Shown here piece by piece: positions 47,449 through 57,832 of a stretch of 64,000 nucleotides of DNA. A program made the position numbers and the translations under genes. The notes below the pieces were generated by a model. That model did not search any database. It worked only from the letters and a program-made list of their open reading frames with translations, and was not told the DNA's origin. Positions within the stretch are counted from its first letter, which is position 1. Each line of letters starts with the position of its first letter. The DNA is taken from positions 1 through 64,000 of the IMG/VR virus record IMGVR_UViG_3300023110_000023. One strand, given 5' to 3'. The stretch is from a virus.

Positions 47449-48258
47449 ATGAGCGAGGAATTGACTCCGAACAGCGATGTGTCCCGAACCGTCAAAGCAC
47501 AGTTTGATGCTGGACAGTTCTCCGAATTGATGACCACTTTGGTGATGGATGGAAGCACCCAATCACCTGTGCGTGTTCTGCTCACGGAGGATGGTGTCAG
47601 CGTGTGGACTCACGACAACGCCAAGACGATTCAAGCGTTGGTGTCCAATCGCGATATTGACGGCTTGACCGTTGATGAGCCATGCGTCTTGCTGGTTGAG
47701 CCCAAGTCATTCTCGGAACTGCTGTCGGCCAAGTTCGGTGGACACACGGTTCGCGTACAGACTGACGCAGGGAAGCCAATCACGATTCGCTCAAAAGACG
47801 GCTCACAGGCGGTGTATCACGCCAGCGATGAAGACGACTGCAACATTGTCCCCGACCATTGGGTTCTGCCCGTGAACGACAAAGGAGAGCGTCTATTCCC
47901 GATGTTTGACAACCAGCCAGCAACCAGCGTGGTGCAATTGACCCGAAGCGAACTGAATCGGGGCATCACCGACATGAAGGTGGCGAAAGCCCCGTATGCT
48001 GTGTTCTCGTTCAACGCCAAGAAGTCCGAATGTCAATCGGGTCATTGGGGCGCGAAGACCAATCGTTCAGCCTCTCCAATCGTGGCGACTCTCACGGGTG
48101 AACCTGTGGAAGTCTGCTTCACGAACAACCTCTCCACGATTCTGTCCGTCTTGGATGGCGACCTCATCACGATTCACAAACACAAAGACGGTGGGTTCGC
48201 TGTCTTGGAAGGTGCGACCACTACGGTCGTCAGCACCGAAGCAACGAGGGAGGCTTGA
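47449..48258 (+). CDS. pcn: DNA sliding clamp (PCNA-like)
   Basis: ~270 aa two-domain alpha/beta pattern (LTEDGVSVWTHD); RFC and PolB nearby. Confidence 0.6.
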   Translation: MSEELTPNSDVSRTVKAQFDAGQFSELMTTLVMDGSTQSPVRVLLTEDGVSVWTHDNAKTIQALVSNRDIDGLTVDEPCVLLVEPKSFSELLSAKFGGHTVRVQTDAGKPITIRSKDGSQAVYHASDEDDCNIVPDHWVLPVNDKGERLFPMFDNQPATSVVQLTRSELNRGITDMKVAKAPYAVFSFNAKKSECQSGHWGAKTNRSASPIVATLTGEPVEVCFTNNLSTILSVLDGDLITIHKHKDGGFAVLEGATTTVVSTEATREA

Positions 48259-48260
48259 CC

Positions 48261-48485
48261 ATGCACGACCCAAACGCCAACCGATTCAATTTGAACGAAG
48301 CAGAAGAGATGCTGGGCATTGACGAGGAAACGAGAGCGCGGATTCAAACCGTCATCAGCATTGACCTCTTGCTTGCCCACGCTGGAATCACCAAAGACCA
48401 AGTGGCGAAGGCATACGCTGAACGAGTCAAGAACGATTTGAAGGACTTGGTTCAAGACCTCAACGGTGTCATCGGAGATGAGTGA
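48261..48485 (+). CDS. hypothetical protein
   Basis: GGGAGG RBS; coupled in replication operon. Confidence 0.6.
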   Translation: MHDPNANRFNLNEAEEMLGIDEETRARIQTVISIDLLLAHAGITKDQVAKAYAERVKNDLKDLVQDLNGVIGDE

Positions 48486-48495
48486 GTGAGGCTGT

Positions 48496-49671
48496 ATGCT
48501 TCCGTCAGTTCAGCAGTTTGACGAACTGTGCGAGCATCTCGGATTCGGCCATTGTCCCCGTTCCATCGGCAATCCACGACAGGAGTTCGTGCTGGCGAGC
48601 GAGAGCGTCTTCCAGCGGTTCAGCAAGTGGGATGGGCAGAAGTCGTGCTTCATCTCCACACAGGGCTACGAGAACCTGCAATACGAGGCTGGTGGAAGGC
48701 AAGTCCCCAAGTCCATCATCTATGGCTTGACCTTCTTTGACTTTGACCATGACACCAAGCCCGAAAACGCATTCGCTGATGTCCAGCGGTTGTCCGAGTT
48801 TTTGACCAGCATCAAGGTGGCTCATTGGGTGCAATATAGCGGTGCTAAGGGGTATCACCTCCACATCAAGCACATTCCAACACGATTCAAGTTTGACCAC
48901 CGAGATGGGTCAAGTGAGGCTCTCCGTGAAATTGTTCACCAAGTCCAAGCCCATCTCAAGACCTCGCTGGGATTGAACACCCTTGACGCACAGACGATGG
49001 GCGACCCAAAGCGACTGTGCCGATTCCCGTTCACTCGCCATGTGAACCGATTCGGAACTGTCAGCGGTCGTTATGCGACACCTATTGAAGTCAATACGCT
49101 GGCGACAGCAGACCACAGCGAGATTGAACGCTCGTCATACCGACCGAGATTTTTCATGCCCACGATTGAGGGCGATGTGCTGACATTGAAGCAATTCATT
49201 GACCGCATTGGCGTGGAACTCCACGCGCCCGAAACGAGAATCAAACCAATGATTGACGCTGACTTCGGGTTCACCGATGCGGAGGAATCAACGGCTCGGT
49301 TCATCGCCAGCCTTGACTTCAAGTGCATGGGCGTGGTGAACGAACTCAAGCGAAGAAACCCCTCACACAAAGCGAGGGTTCACGCCTGTATGTTCGCCAA
49401 GAGCATCGGCTTGAATCAGCAGGGCTTTGAGGCGATATGGATGGAACTCGGAACGAAGGTTGGCTATGTGGATTTACACAACCACGAATACCGCGCCTTC
49501 CAAATGGCGAGCATTTTTGACAACGAGAGGATGACCACCCCAGCGAACTGCTCAACGCTCAAGCGTGATGGTTGCTGTGTCGGTGAAGTCTGCCCCAAGT
49601 TCGTGGACTCGGAGGCATTCTTTGAAGAGTTCCAAATGCCCCAAAAGCAACGCAGATGGAGGAAGAAGTGA
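48496..49671 (+). CDS. archaeo-eukaryotic primase, PriS with PriL-like C-terminal domain
   Basis: FFDFD, YSGAKGYHL, DPKRLCRFP; C-terminal KC...SHKAR...NCSTLKRDGCCVGEVCP. Confidence 0.85.
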   Translation: MLPSVQQFDELCEHLGFGHCPRSIGNPRQEFVLASESVFQRFSKWDGQKSCFISTQGYENLQYEAGGRQVPKSIIYGLTFFDFDHDTKPENAFADVQRLSEFLTSIKVAHWVQYSGAKGYHLHIKHIPTRFKFDHRDGSSEALREIVHQVQAHLKTSLGLNTLDAQTMGDPKRLCRFPFTRHVNRFGTVSGRYATPIEVNTLATADHSEIERSSYRPRFFMPTIEGDVLTLKQFIDRIGVELHAPETRIKPMIDADFGFTDAEESTARFIASLDFKCMGVVNELKRRNPSHKARVHACMFAKSIGLNQQGFEAIWMELGTKVGYVDLHNHEYRAFQMASIFDNERMTTPANCSTLKRDGCCVGEVCPKFVDSEAFFEEFQMPQKQRRWRKK

Positions 49672-50534
49672 TGGCTAAAGAACGCGTACACAGGAAGAAG
49701 GATTTGCTCGCAGATGATGACGAAGTGCAACGAAGAGTCCAATCGGGCAATCGTGCCGAGAGGCTGTCGCTGATTCGGATTTGGCTGGAATCGGAGGGAT
49801 TGACTCCAGCGGATATTGAACCCAATATGGAGTCCAAACCGAATATGCGGTTTGGCTTGGAATCCGTCAAGGAATTGTCGCTGGCTTTGCTGGTTGAAGA
49901 CCTTGAAAAACTGAAACGGATTGACCACCGTGAACATTGGCTGATGCGTCAATACCTCGCTGAACTTGGGTTTGAAATCGTGCATCTCAACACGGGAAGC
50001 GGGGACATGGCGAGTCGCAAGGTCAGCATTGAACGCAAGGAAGACGACCTTCTTCCATCACTCTTTGACCAACGCAGACTGCGACAATTGAGTGCGATGC
50101 GTGAGGAAGCCGAACACTCGTTCCTCGTCATCACGAAGGATTGGGAAGACATCAAGGTGGAGGCTGGGAAGAAAGGCATGAGCATTCGCACCCTGCTGGG
50201 CTACATCGCCAGCCTGTGTGCTGTCGGCTATCCACCCATATTCATGCCCGACAAATACGATGCAAGCGACCTCATTGAGCGAATCGTGGACAAAATTGAG
50301 GATGACAACCACAGGCTATTCGTGGCTCGCCCCAGCAAAGCGAAGCCACAGGCGTATCGCGATGCGTTGATTGAGGGGTTGCCGAAGGTCGGGGCATCCA
50401 CCCGAAGAAAATTGGTGGCGAAGTTCAAGACGCTGGCGGAATTGACACAGGCCAGCGTTGAGGATTTGATGGAAGTGGATGGTGTCGGCAAGGTGCTTGC
50501 TGAACGCATACACTCGGTTTTTCATGCAAAATGA
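49671..50534 (+). CDS. ERCC4/XPF (Hef-like) nuclease with tandem HhH
   Basis: IDHRE, GD, IERKEEDDL, GLPKVG, VDGVGKVLAERI. Confidence 0.85.
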   Translation: MAKERVHRKKDLLADDDEVQRRVQSGNRAERLSLIRIWLESEGLTPADIEPNMESKPNMRFGLESVKELSLALLVEDLEKLKRIDHREHWLMRQYLAELGFEIVHLNTGSGDMASRKVSIERKEDDLLPSLFDQRRLRQLSAMREEAEHSFLVITKDWEDIKVEAGKKGMSIRTLLGYIASLCAVGYPPIFMPDKYDASDLIERIVDKIEDDNHRLFVARPSKAKPQAYRDALIEGLPKVGASTRRKLVAKFKTLAELTQASVEDLMEVDGVGKVLAERIHSVFHAK

Positions 50535-50573
50535 ACAAAGCATTGATATAGGGAAGCCGACCGTCTTGACACC

Positions 50574-50975
50574 ATGAGCCAATACATCGGAACACTCCCT
50601 GTCCCAACCGCAGATACCCGCCTTGTCATCAAGAAGGGCGTGGATTCCTCTCGCCAGCCAACATACGAACTCCGTCTTGGTGGCGAATGGGATTGGAACT
50701 CCTATGTCATCGGAGTCATCGGCAAAGGTGTTCGTGGAAAATCCGCAGTCAGCGGAATCGCCACCTCTCGCATTGACCTGTGGCGAACTCCTTCCGATGT
50801 CAAGAAGGGCATCAAGACCCTCGCAGACTTCTCGGCTCTCACCGAAACCCACTTTTATGTTGATGAGAACGACACCGTGTTCATCGGCTCGGAGTTTTGG
50901 GCAAAGCCGATTGACCGAGCAACCGACACATACACCAACGCCACACGCGCAGAAGACCTCACCCTCATCTGCTGA
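50574..50975 (+). CDS. accessory hypothetical protein (class-E cassette)
   Basis: AAAGCATTGATATAGGG at 50537-50553; ATG at +31. Confidence 0.65.
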   Translation: MSQYIGTLPVPTADTRLVIKKGVDSSRQPTYELRLGGEWDWNSYVIGVIGKGVRGKSAVSGIATSRIDLWRTPSDVKKGIKTLADFSALTETHFYVDENDTVFIGSEFWAKPIDRATDTYTNATRAEDLTLIC

Positions 50976-51009
50976 ACTGTTCATAAAGGTGGGACACGAC
51001 CCACCGAGC

Positions 51010-52308
51010 ATGGCGAGAATCCTTTGGGGCTCGGAACAACCCACACGACCGACAGGCTACGGTGTTGTCAGCCGTGAAATCATCAGCAGACTCATCAAGA
51101 CACACGGGCATGAAGTGTTCGTGATGGGCTGGGACTACAACGGAGAACCATTCCCCCACCCCGATGGCTGGACACTCGTTCACGCTGGGCTCAACCGATT
51201 CGGTGGCGACCCGCTGAATCCCGCTGACCCGAACTCCCCAACGGTCTTGGATATGCACTTGGCCGAACTCAAGCCCGACCTGTATCTGTCTTTGATTGAT
51301 TGCTGGTTCATCGGTCATGCTGTCCTTTCAACGAACAGGGCGCGCATTCCATACATCGCCTATACCCCGATTGACGGCTTCCCAATCGCGTACGCTTGGG
51401 CGAAAATCTTGGGGAATGTCCACACTCCACTCTTCATGGCTGACTACGGCAAGCAGGTCTTCCAAGACTTCGTGGCCGAATACAACAGCGAGAACGGCAC
51501 AGCACCGAAGGAGATGCTCTTAGACGACCTTGACCGCTACAACAACGCAGAACTGCCGAGAATCCATCATGGCGTGGATGAGAAGGTCTTCCGACCACGA
51601 AGCCTTGCCGAGAAGGAATCAGCACGACAGGCATTGGGAATCACTTGGGACACCGTGTTCCTGTCCGTTGGTCGCAACGGGAACAGGAAGCAAATCCCTC
51701 GTCTGCTGGATGCCTTCAAACTCTTCATTGAACGCAATCCCAAAGCCAACGCTGGACTCATCATCCATTGTGGCGACCCGACTGACAACATGAGTCTTGG
51801 TGGCTGGAACTTGCCCGAATTGGTCAAGCAGAAGGGCTTGGAGAGCCATGTTCGCTTCTCCGACATGAGTGCTAATCCGCTTCATGGATTGAGCCGTGAA
51901 GACCTCTCCACGCTCTATGGCCTGTCCGATGTCCATGTCCTCGCAACAGGAGGCGAAGGATTCGGGATTCCATCGGTGGAAGCCATGTCCTGTGGCGTTC
52001 CAATCATCCTCCCCGATAACTCAACCGCGCCCGAACTGATTGGCGAGGATGACGAGAGGGGCTGGCTCGTTCCACTTGCGACCACCATCACGGGTGCGAA
52101 GTGGGGCGTGAACATGGGCTTGGTTGATGTTGAAGCACTCGCTGATGCGATTGCAGATGCTCACCATGATGTCAAAGGTCGCAAGGCCAAAGGCAAGAAG
52201 GCTCGCCAATTTATTGAGGCGAATATGACATGGGACATCATCGCCCAGCAATTCCACGACCTCATTGAAGCAACGATTGACCGACAAAAACCGCTGGGGA
52301 TGGAATGA
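51010..52308 (+). CDS. GT-B (GT4-like) glycosyltransferase
   Basis: PTGYG, HGVD, GRNGNRK, EGFGIPSVEAMSCG; ATG 30 nt after TTCATAAAGGTGGG. Confidence 0.9.
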   Translation: MARILWGSEQPTRPTGYGVVSREIISRLIKTHGHEVFVMGWDYNGEPFPHPDGWTLVHAGLNRFGGDPLNPADPNSPTVLDMHLAELKPDLYLSLIDCWFIGHAVLSTNRARIPYIAYTPIDGFPIAYAWAKILGNVHTPLFMADYGKQVFQDFVAEYNSENGTAPKEMLLDDLDRYNNAELPRIHHGVDEKVFRPRSLAEKESARQALGITWDTVFLSVGRNGNRKQIPRLLDAFKLFIERNPKANAGLIIHCGDPTDNMSLGGWNLPELVKQKGLESHVRFSDMSANPLHGLSREDLSTLYGLSDVHVLATGGEGFGIPSVEAMSCGVPIILPDNSTAPELIGEDDERGWLVPLATTITGAKWGVNMGLVDVEALADAIADAHHDVKGRKAKGKKARQFIEANMTWDIIAQQFHDLIEATIDRQKPLGME

Positions 52309-52709
52309 TGGCCGAAGACACAGGCAAGAAGCAACGCAAGCGATTCAAACCAGCCAAGACCGAGAAGGTCAAGGCGACCCCGAAGAAGCGTGAGTTCCCG
52401 AACAAACCGAAGACCTGTCATCAAATCCACAGGGGCAAGTGCGAGATTCACGACAAGCCATGCAAAATCATCGTGGCTTATCCACGCAAGGACTCAAGGA
52501 ACGCATGGCGTTCACGGCTGGAGAGGATGGGTGCTGAACGACACGGCAAGGAATCGGAACACCGATGCGTTGAGTGCGAGAACGAGCGTCAAGCCGACTC
52601 TCCGTTCAAGGAACTCCATGTGGAAGGATTGGATGCAATTCAGTCAGCCCGCTTGAAGCGAGAATCGGAAGAGTGGACAAGGCGATTTATTGAGGAAGAT
52701 TCGTCTTGA
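52305..52709 (+). CDS. basic Cys/His hypothetical protein
   Basis: ATGA overlap; CHQIH, CEIH, HRCVEC. Confidence 0.6.
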   Translation: MMAEDTGKKQRKRFKPAKTEKVKATPKKREFPNKPKTCHQIHRGKCEIHDKPCKIIVAYPRKDSRNAWRSRLERMGAERHGKESEHRCVECENERQADSPFKELHVEGLDAIQSARLKRESEEWTRRFIEEDSS

Positions 52710-52750
52710 TATGACGAAGCATTGATAAGGGGGAACTCCTTCGTCTGTTC

Positions 52751-53140
52751 ATGACCGCACCAGCGACCACCAACCAATACGCAGACGACACGACCGTTGT
52801 TTTCACGACCAACGCTGTTTTACCAGCCGATGTTGCAGAAGCATACATGGACTATCAAGCCCGTGTTCGTGCTGAAACCGCACCTTCGCCAACCAGCACC
52901 TTCGCCAAGACCCACGAATTGTCCTTCTCGGCAACCGTTGAGGAAGTCGCAGAAGCATACACCGCTGGCTACGAGCAAGCCCACCGAGCAATCGTGAACG
53001 GATGCAACCCACAGTCGTGGAACGCAATCGGCACTCGCTCAATCACGGGCATCCGATTCCCTTCCAAAGCCATGTGCGTCAAGGCGTTCCAAGCGGGCAT
53101 CCAAGCCCGCATGAATGCTGACCAAGTGGCTTGGTTTTGA
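52751..53140 (+). CDS. accessory hypothetical protein (class-E cassette)
   Basis: Boxes 52706/52722; ATG at +29. Confidence 0.65.
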   Translation: MTAPATTNQYADDTTVVFTTNAVLPADVAEAYMDYQARVRAETAPSPTSTFAKTHELSFSATVEEVAEAYTAGYEQAHRAIVNGCNPQSWNAIGTRSITGIRFPSKAMCVKAFQAGIQARMNADQVAWF

Positions 53141-53178
53141 GCCTGTCTTCATAACGGTGGGGCGACCCAGCCCTGTTC

Positions 53179-54216
53179 ATGCTGTGGGCAGAATCATACA
53201 GACCAGCCACGCTGGATGATGTGATTGGACAACCACACATCACGAAGCGACTCGCGTACATGGTGGACATTCTTCACCAGCAGGGTGGCGATGGTGGATT
53301 CCCACATCTCATGTTCATCGGCAAGGCTGGAACGGGCAAGACCTCGCTGGCGATGGCGTTGATGAAGACGATGTTCGGTGATGATTGGGATGCGAACTTC
53401 GTGGAGATGAACGCCAGCGATGAGCGAAGCATCTCGGTCGTGAGAACCAAAGTCAAGGAGTTCGCAAGGCGAGGCGTGATTGGCTCATACAAAGCACCCA
53501 ACGGGGAAGTCCGAAGCATCCCGTTCAATGTCGTGTTCCTTGACGAATGCGACCAATTGACACCCGATGCACAGGGCGCGTTGAGGCGAATCATGGAACA
53601 ATACGCCAAGACCACGCGATTCATCCTGTCGTGCAATTATCCGCACCGCATCATAGACCCGATTAAAGACCGCTGTGCGTTCTCCGACACCCGATTCCGA
53701 CCGATACCCCCAGCGACTACAAAGGAGGCTCTCCAGCGTGTCGTGGGGCGTGAAAAACTGACCATCACCGATGAGGCTGTGGAACTGATTGCCGAGATGT
53801 GCAACGGCTCTATGAGGAAGGCTCTCAACACGCTGTTCGCAACGACCCGTGTTCCCGATGAGGCGACCGTTGATGATGTCCGAGATGTGATTGCCGAGAT
53901 GAGCCCGAAGGCTCGTACGCGATTGCTGGCGACCGCTTTTCAATTGGGGCAGACCGATGATGTTGAGCAATACGCCAAACTGTGTCAGCGGATTGACAAA
54001 CAGGTTGAATCGTTGGCGGAACGAGGTTTCAGCGGAACGGATATTTTGGAATCCGTGTTCAAATCCACTTCGGAAGACGAGCGAATGCCTGTGGCTGTCA
54101 AGAGGCAGATATTCGGCTCAATAGGGGATGCCCTGTATCACGCATCCATCGCTCAAGACGACATTCTTGTAGTCAAGTCATGGTTGAGGAAAATCGGTGA
54201 GGGTCATGGTGGCTAA
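53179..54216 (+). CDS. rfcS: replication factor C small subunit
   Basis: WAESYRP, GKAGTGKTS, EMNASDER, LDECD, AQGALRRIME, DRC. Confidence 0.92.
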   Translation: MLWAESYRPATLDDVIGQPHITKRLAYMVDILHQQGGDGGFPHLMFIGKAGTGKTSLAMALMKTMFGDDWDANFVEMNASDERSISVVRTKVKEFARRGVIGSYKAPNGEVRSIPFNVVFLDECDQLTPDAQGALRRIMEQYAKTTRFILSCNYPHRIIDPIKDRCAFSDTRFRPIPPATTKEALQRVVGREKLTITDEAVELIAEMCNGSMRKALNTLFATTRVPDEATVDDVRDVIAEMSPKARTRLLATAFQLGQTDDVEQYAKLCQRIDKQVESLAERGFSGTDILESVFKSTSEDERMPVAVKRQIFGSIGDALYHASIAQDDILVVKSWLRKIGEGHGG

Positions 54217-54583
54217 GGACAACGACCGCATCGCTGGCGACAACGATGAAATCCTCGCCCTCATCCGTGAACGGCTGGACATCGGGCTCAAGACATACGG
54301 GCATGGAATCAATGTCCATGACGACACACGGGAATGGGGAACGAAGGAGAACTCATGGGTTGAGATGGGGCTGGAAGAGATGCTTGACCTCGCCCTGTAT
54401 CTCGGTGCATCGTGCATACGCATCCGACACATTGAGGCGGAATGCGAGGCGATTCGTGAGGAACTCAAAGCCAAGCGGAAGGAACTCAACGAGCGTGAAG
54501 TCAAGGTGTCGGTCAAGGAGAAGCGTCTTGCTGATAAGGGTGGGGACAATTGGTGGAAACGATGGCGTGGAAACCGTTCTTAA
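54206..54583 (+). CDS. putative all-alpha (MazG-like) nucleotide pyrophosphohydrolase
   Basis: ERLDIGLKTYG...W...EEMLDLALYL. Confidence 0.55.
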   Translation: MVAKDNDRIAGDNDEILALIRERLDIGLKTYGHGINVHDDTREWGTKENSWVEMGLEEMLDLALYLGASCIRIRHIEAECEAIREELKAKRKELNEREVKVSVKEKRLADKGGDNWWKRWRGNRS

Positions 54584-57255
54584 TTGTCGCTGTGGAATAT
54601 CACGAAGACCGCGATTTGACGGTTAGGCTACGGGTGAAGTCGCTGGATGGCGACTCGTTGGTGCTGAATGTTGGAGGCTGTGTGCCTCGCTTTTGGACTG
54701 AAAAAGACCCCAGCAAACTGCGTCTGCCGAAGGGAATCAAGTTCAAGGCATCCGACTACACCTCCATTGAGGGCGCGCCCCTGTGGGAAGTGCGAGCCAA
54801 ACTTCCATCGGAACTCCGTGAGATTCGTGAGGTTCTGTTCCCATCGTATTGCGCCGATGTTCCCTTCGCCAATTTGGTTCGCTGGATTTACGATTGGACT
54901 GCGGTTATTGAAGTCAATACCGATGTTCTGCACCAGCCACAGATTCGCCCGATTCACATTCGCCCCAGCGATGAAGACCCAGCGAACTTCAAACTCAATC
55001 CGCTTTATTTTGACATTGAAACCGCTGATTCGCTGGACACCGAGAACACGCCCGAACGCGTGGTGTCCATCGCCATCTATGACCAACGCACAGATACCCA
55101 CGAATGTGCGACAATTCGCCATACGAGCGAGCGACAGGTCAAGCGGTTCTTATCCAGCCAAGAGGCGTTGCACAGCGTTGTTGAGCATGAGAACGACATT
55201 CCACCGCTGAACTCCGACCGCATCAAAGTCTTCAACATTGAAGGCGATGACGATGACGAGCGAGAGGCTGGATTGCTGTGGTGGTTTCATCACAGGCTTG
55301 AACACTACGACCCCGACCTCATCGCTGGGCAGAACATCATTGACTACGACATACCGTATCTCCGAAACCGTTGCCGAATCCAACGCAACAACATGGAACG
55401 GCTTCACATGGGCAGTCCACCCGTGTGGGCGACCTATCCGAAACTGTTCCGAAAGAGGCGTGGATTGATGCCTCCGTTTGACACGAAAAAGGTGTATGCC
55501 GAGCAAGTTCAAGGCTCGGCGGCGACTACGGGGCAAGCGAGTCTTGGATGGATGGGGGCGACCACGCTGGGCTACGGCAAAGTTCCACGCACCTCAATCA
55601 AGGAGATGATGGACAGCGACCCGCTGATGCTGGTCATTTACAACATTTGGGACAATGTGGTGGCTCATCGTTGCATGGACACGCTGGACTTGGTGGCGTT
55701 TTATCAAGCGAAGGTGGCGTTTCACAATTCCACGATTCACCACGCTCACAGCAACATGATGCTCATTGAGGACATGATGGGACACCTGCTCAAAGAACGC
55801 AAGGTCGTGATGCCCTCGCTGGACACCGTGAGGGCGCGATTGACGGGCGAAGGGATTGAGCAAGGTGGATTCGTGATGGAAGCACCATCGGGCATTTGGA
55901 GGAACGCTATTGAATTGGATAACTCAATGGAATACCCCAGCGTCATCATCTCATGCAACGCAGACCTGTCCACGAAGGTTCGTGAGGAAGACTATCCCGA
56001 TGGCTTCCCATTCCCTGTGGCTCGCACTCCAGCGGGTCGCATTTACCGACAGGACATTGAGGGACTGATGCCCGCGTTCCTTCGCAGACTCGCCAGCGAG
56101 CGTGAGATTCTGCGAGCCAACATGAGCGAAGCCGAAGACAAAGGCGACCACGCTCTTGCTGACAAACTCAACAAAAAGCAACGGGTCATGAAGGAGAACA
56201 TGAACTCTTGGTATGGTGTGCTGGGTTCGGGCAGAACCGAGAAGACAGCCCAACGACCGTTCCGCATGACCGACCCCGAAATCGGCTCGGACATCACCGA
56301 GATTGCGAGGCTACACAACGATTGGAACAAACAGATGATTGAGAAGACAACCATGTGGTTTCACGATGACGGAGTGTTCCCCGAACCATTGATACCCCAT
56401 AACATTGATAAACCGTCAGCCCCCCGTGTATCGGAGTCCGAGTCGGGCGGGTGGCTGGAACTCCGCTTCCGTGTGCTGTATCAAGACACCGATTCGTGTA
56501 AAATGTGCATAGAGAATCATGACGAGGCTGAACAGGCCATCCGACCATTCACCGAACAGGACATCTATTCCATCGGCAATATGCTGACGGTGATGCTCAA
56601 CGATTCGTTCCATGAGTTCGTGCAGACGACCATCGGCATCCCACGAAACGAGTTCTTCAAGGTCAAGCCCGATGCCTATTATTCTCGCTATTTTCAATGG
56701 GGAGTCAAGAAGCGATACGCGTACATGGACTTCAACGGGAAGAAGGGCTATCGTGGCGTGGAGATGCGAAGAAGTTCCTCCCCTCAAATCGTAAAAGACG
56801 CACAGCAAGCCATTTTTGACAGCATCCTCAACGGGTGTTCCAAGACCGAATTGAACTCAATTATCCGCGATATTGAAGCCAATATGCTGGATGAAACCAA
56901 GACTCCAGCGTTGAACTTCGGTCAGCCAATGGGAATCAAGAAAGAAGGAACGATGGCTCACAAATCAGCGATGTGGACAAACACCAATCTCGGAACTCAA
57001 TTCGCTTTGGGCGATAAGCCGATGTTGTTCATCGCATCCAACACACCCGCTGGAACGCCCTCAAACCGTGTCGTTGCTGTGGAGTGGGGAGATGACCCAG
57101 CAAGTCTTGGCGTAGTCGTGGACAGGAAGGCAAGCATCACGAAGTTCTTCAACGATTCAAACTCGTTCTCGCAGATATTGGGGGCGATGGGGACATCGTG
57201 GGAACAGGCGATTCTCGGCATCGGCAAGACCTCAATGGGTGATTGGTTCAAATGA
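54562..57255 (+). CDS. polB: family B DNA polymerase
   Basis: FDIET, NIIDYDIPYL, YNIWD, DNSMEYPS, KENMNSWYG, YQDTDS, KKRY, RGVEMRRS. Confidence 0.95.
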   Translation: MAWKPFLIVAVEYHEDRDLTVRLRVKSLDGDSLVLNVGGCVPRFWTEKDPSKLRLPKGIKFKASDYTSIEGAPLWEVRAKLPSELREIREVLFPSYCADVPFANLVRWIYDWTAVIEVNTDVLHQPQIRPIHIRPSDEDPANFKLNPLYFDIETADSLDTENTPERVVSIAIYDQRTDTHECATIRHTSERQVKRFLSSQEALHSVVEHENDIPPLNSDRIKVFNIEGDDDDEREAGLLWWFHHRLEHYDPDLIAGQNIIDYDIPYLRNRCRIQRNNMERLHMGSPPVWATYPKLFRKRRGLMPPFDTKKVYAEQVQGSAATTGQASLGWMGATTLGYGKVPRTSIKEMMDSDPLMLVIYNIWDNVVAHRCMDTLDLVAFYQAKVAFHNSTIHHAHSNMMLIEDMMGHLLKERKVVMPSLDTVRARLTGEGIEQGGFVMEAPSGIWRNAIELDNSMEYPSVIISCNADLSTKVREEDYPDGFPFPVARTPAGRIYRQDIEGLMPAFLRRLASEREILRANMSEAEDKGDHALADKLNKKQRVMKENMNSWYGVLGSGRTEKTAQRPFRMTDPEIGSDITEIARLHNDWNKQMIEKTTMWFHDDGVFPEPLIPHNIDKPSAPRVSESESGGWLELRFRVLYQDTDSCKMCIENHDEAEQAIRPFTEQDIYSIGNMLTVMLNDSFHEFVQTTIGIPRNEFFKVKPDAYYSRYFQWGVKKRYAYMDFNGKKGYRGVEMRRSSSPQIVKDAQQAIFDSILNGCSKTELNSIIRDIEANMLDETKTPALNFGQPMGIKKEGTMAHKSAMWTNTNLGTQFALGDKPMLFIASNTPAGTPSNRVVAVEWGDDPASLGVVVDRKASITKFFNDSNSFSQILGAMGTSWEQAILGIGKTSMGDWFK

Positions 57256-57713
57256 CGCGCCCCAGCGACTACACGAAGGCGTGGAGGATTCTCCGCACGA
57301 ACTGTGGCTTGAGCCACTATCAAGTGCGAGCGATATTCAGCGAGCATCTCGGAGGGCTCGGTGTCCATAAGAACCTCGCTGGTCGTGAACTTCGCAGGGA
57401 AGAAGCCCTGTGGGAACAGGAAGCCGAAGCATTCGCTTTGATGCTGAATGACCCCGACCCCACCAAGTTCGCTGACAGGCTGTATCAAGCCGTGTGGGAA
57501 GGTGATGAACCCCAATTGGCGTATGTGCTGGTTCGGCTGGTGGAGAAGCGTGTCCGAGAATGGAATGGCTGGGGCGAGGAAGAACGCCAGCGAATCAAGG
57601 AACGGGTGCTTCGGAGGCTGTCGCGATACGAGAAGCGAACAGGGCTTCAAGCGTGGACTGACCGCCACTTGCTGACCTATCTCCACATCAACGATGTCCA
57701 CTTTGAATCATGA
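57252..57713 (+). CDS. hypothetical protein
   Basis: ATGA overlap with polB; GGTGA RBS. Confidence 0.6.
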   Translation: MTRPSDYTKAWRILRTNCGLSHYQVRAIFSEHLGGLGVHKNLAGRELRREEALWEQEAEAFALMLNDPDPTKFADRLYQAVWEGDEPQLAYVLVRLVEKRVREWNGWGEEERQRIKERVLRRLSRYEKRTGLQAWTDRHLLTYLHINDVHFES

Positions 57714-57832
57714 CCACTCAAATATCAATGGTTGAGATTTGTAAGTGGAAAGGTATATATGCAACCGCTGTATCACAATGGTTTGTCGGACTACGAGCCG
57801 ACACCCAAACCGAAACACAGGAGATGAAAAAT

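Noticed and set aside
5317-52740. Recurring CATTGATA repeats as a CRISPR array
   Set aside because: Copies are kilobases apart, degenerate and at a fixed distance from start codons; no repeat-spacer periodicity or cas operon
56330-56470. Intein in PolB
   Set aside because: Insert is only ~40 aa and lacks N-terminal Cys/Ser and C-terminal His-Asn splice motifs
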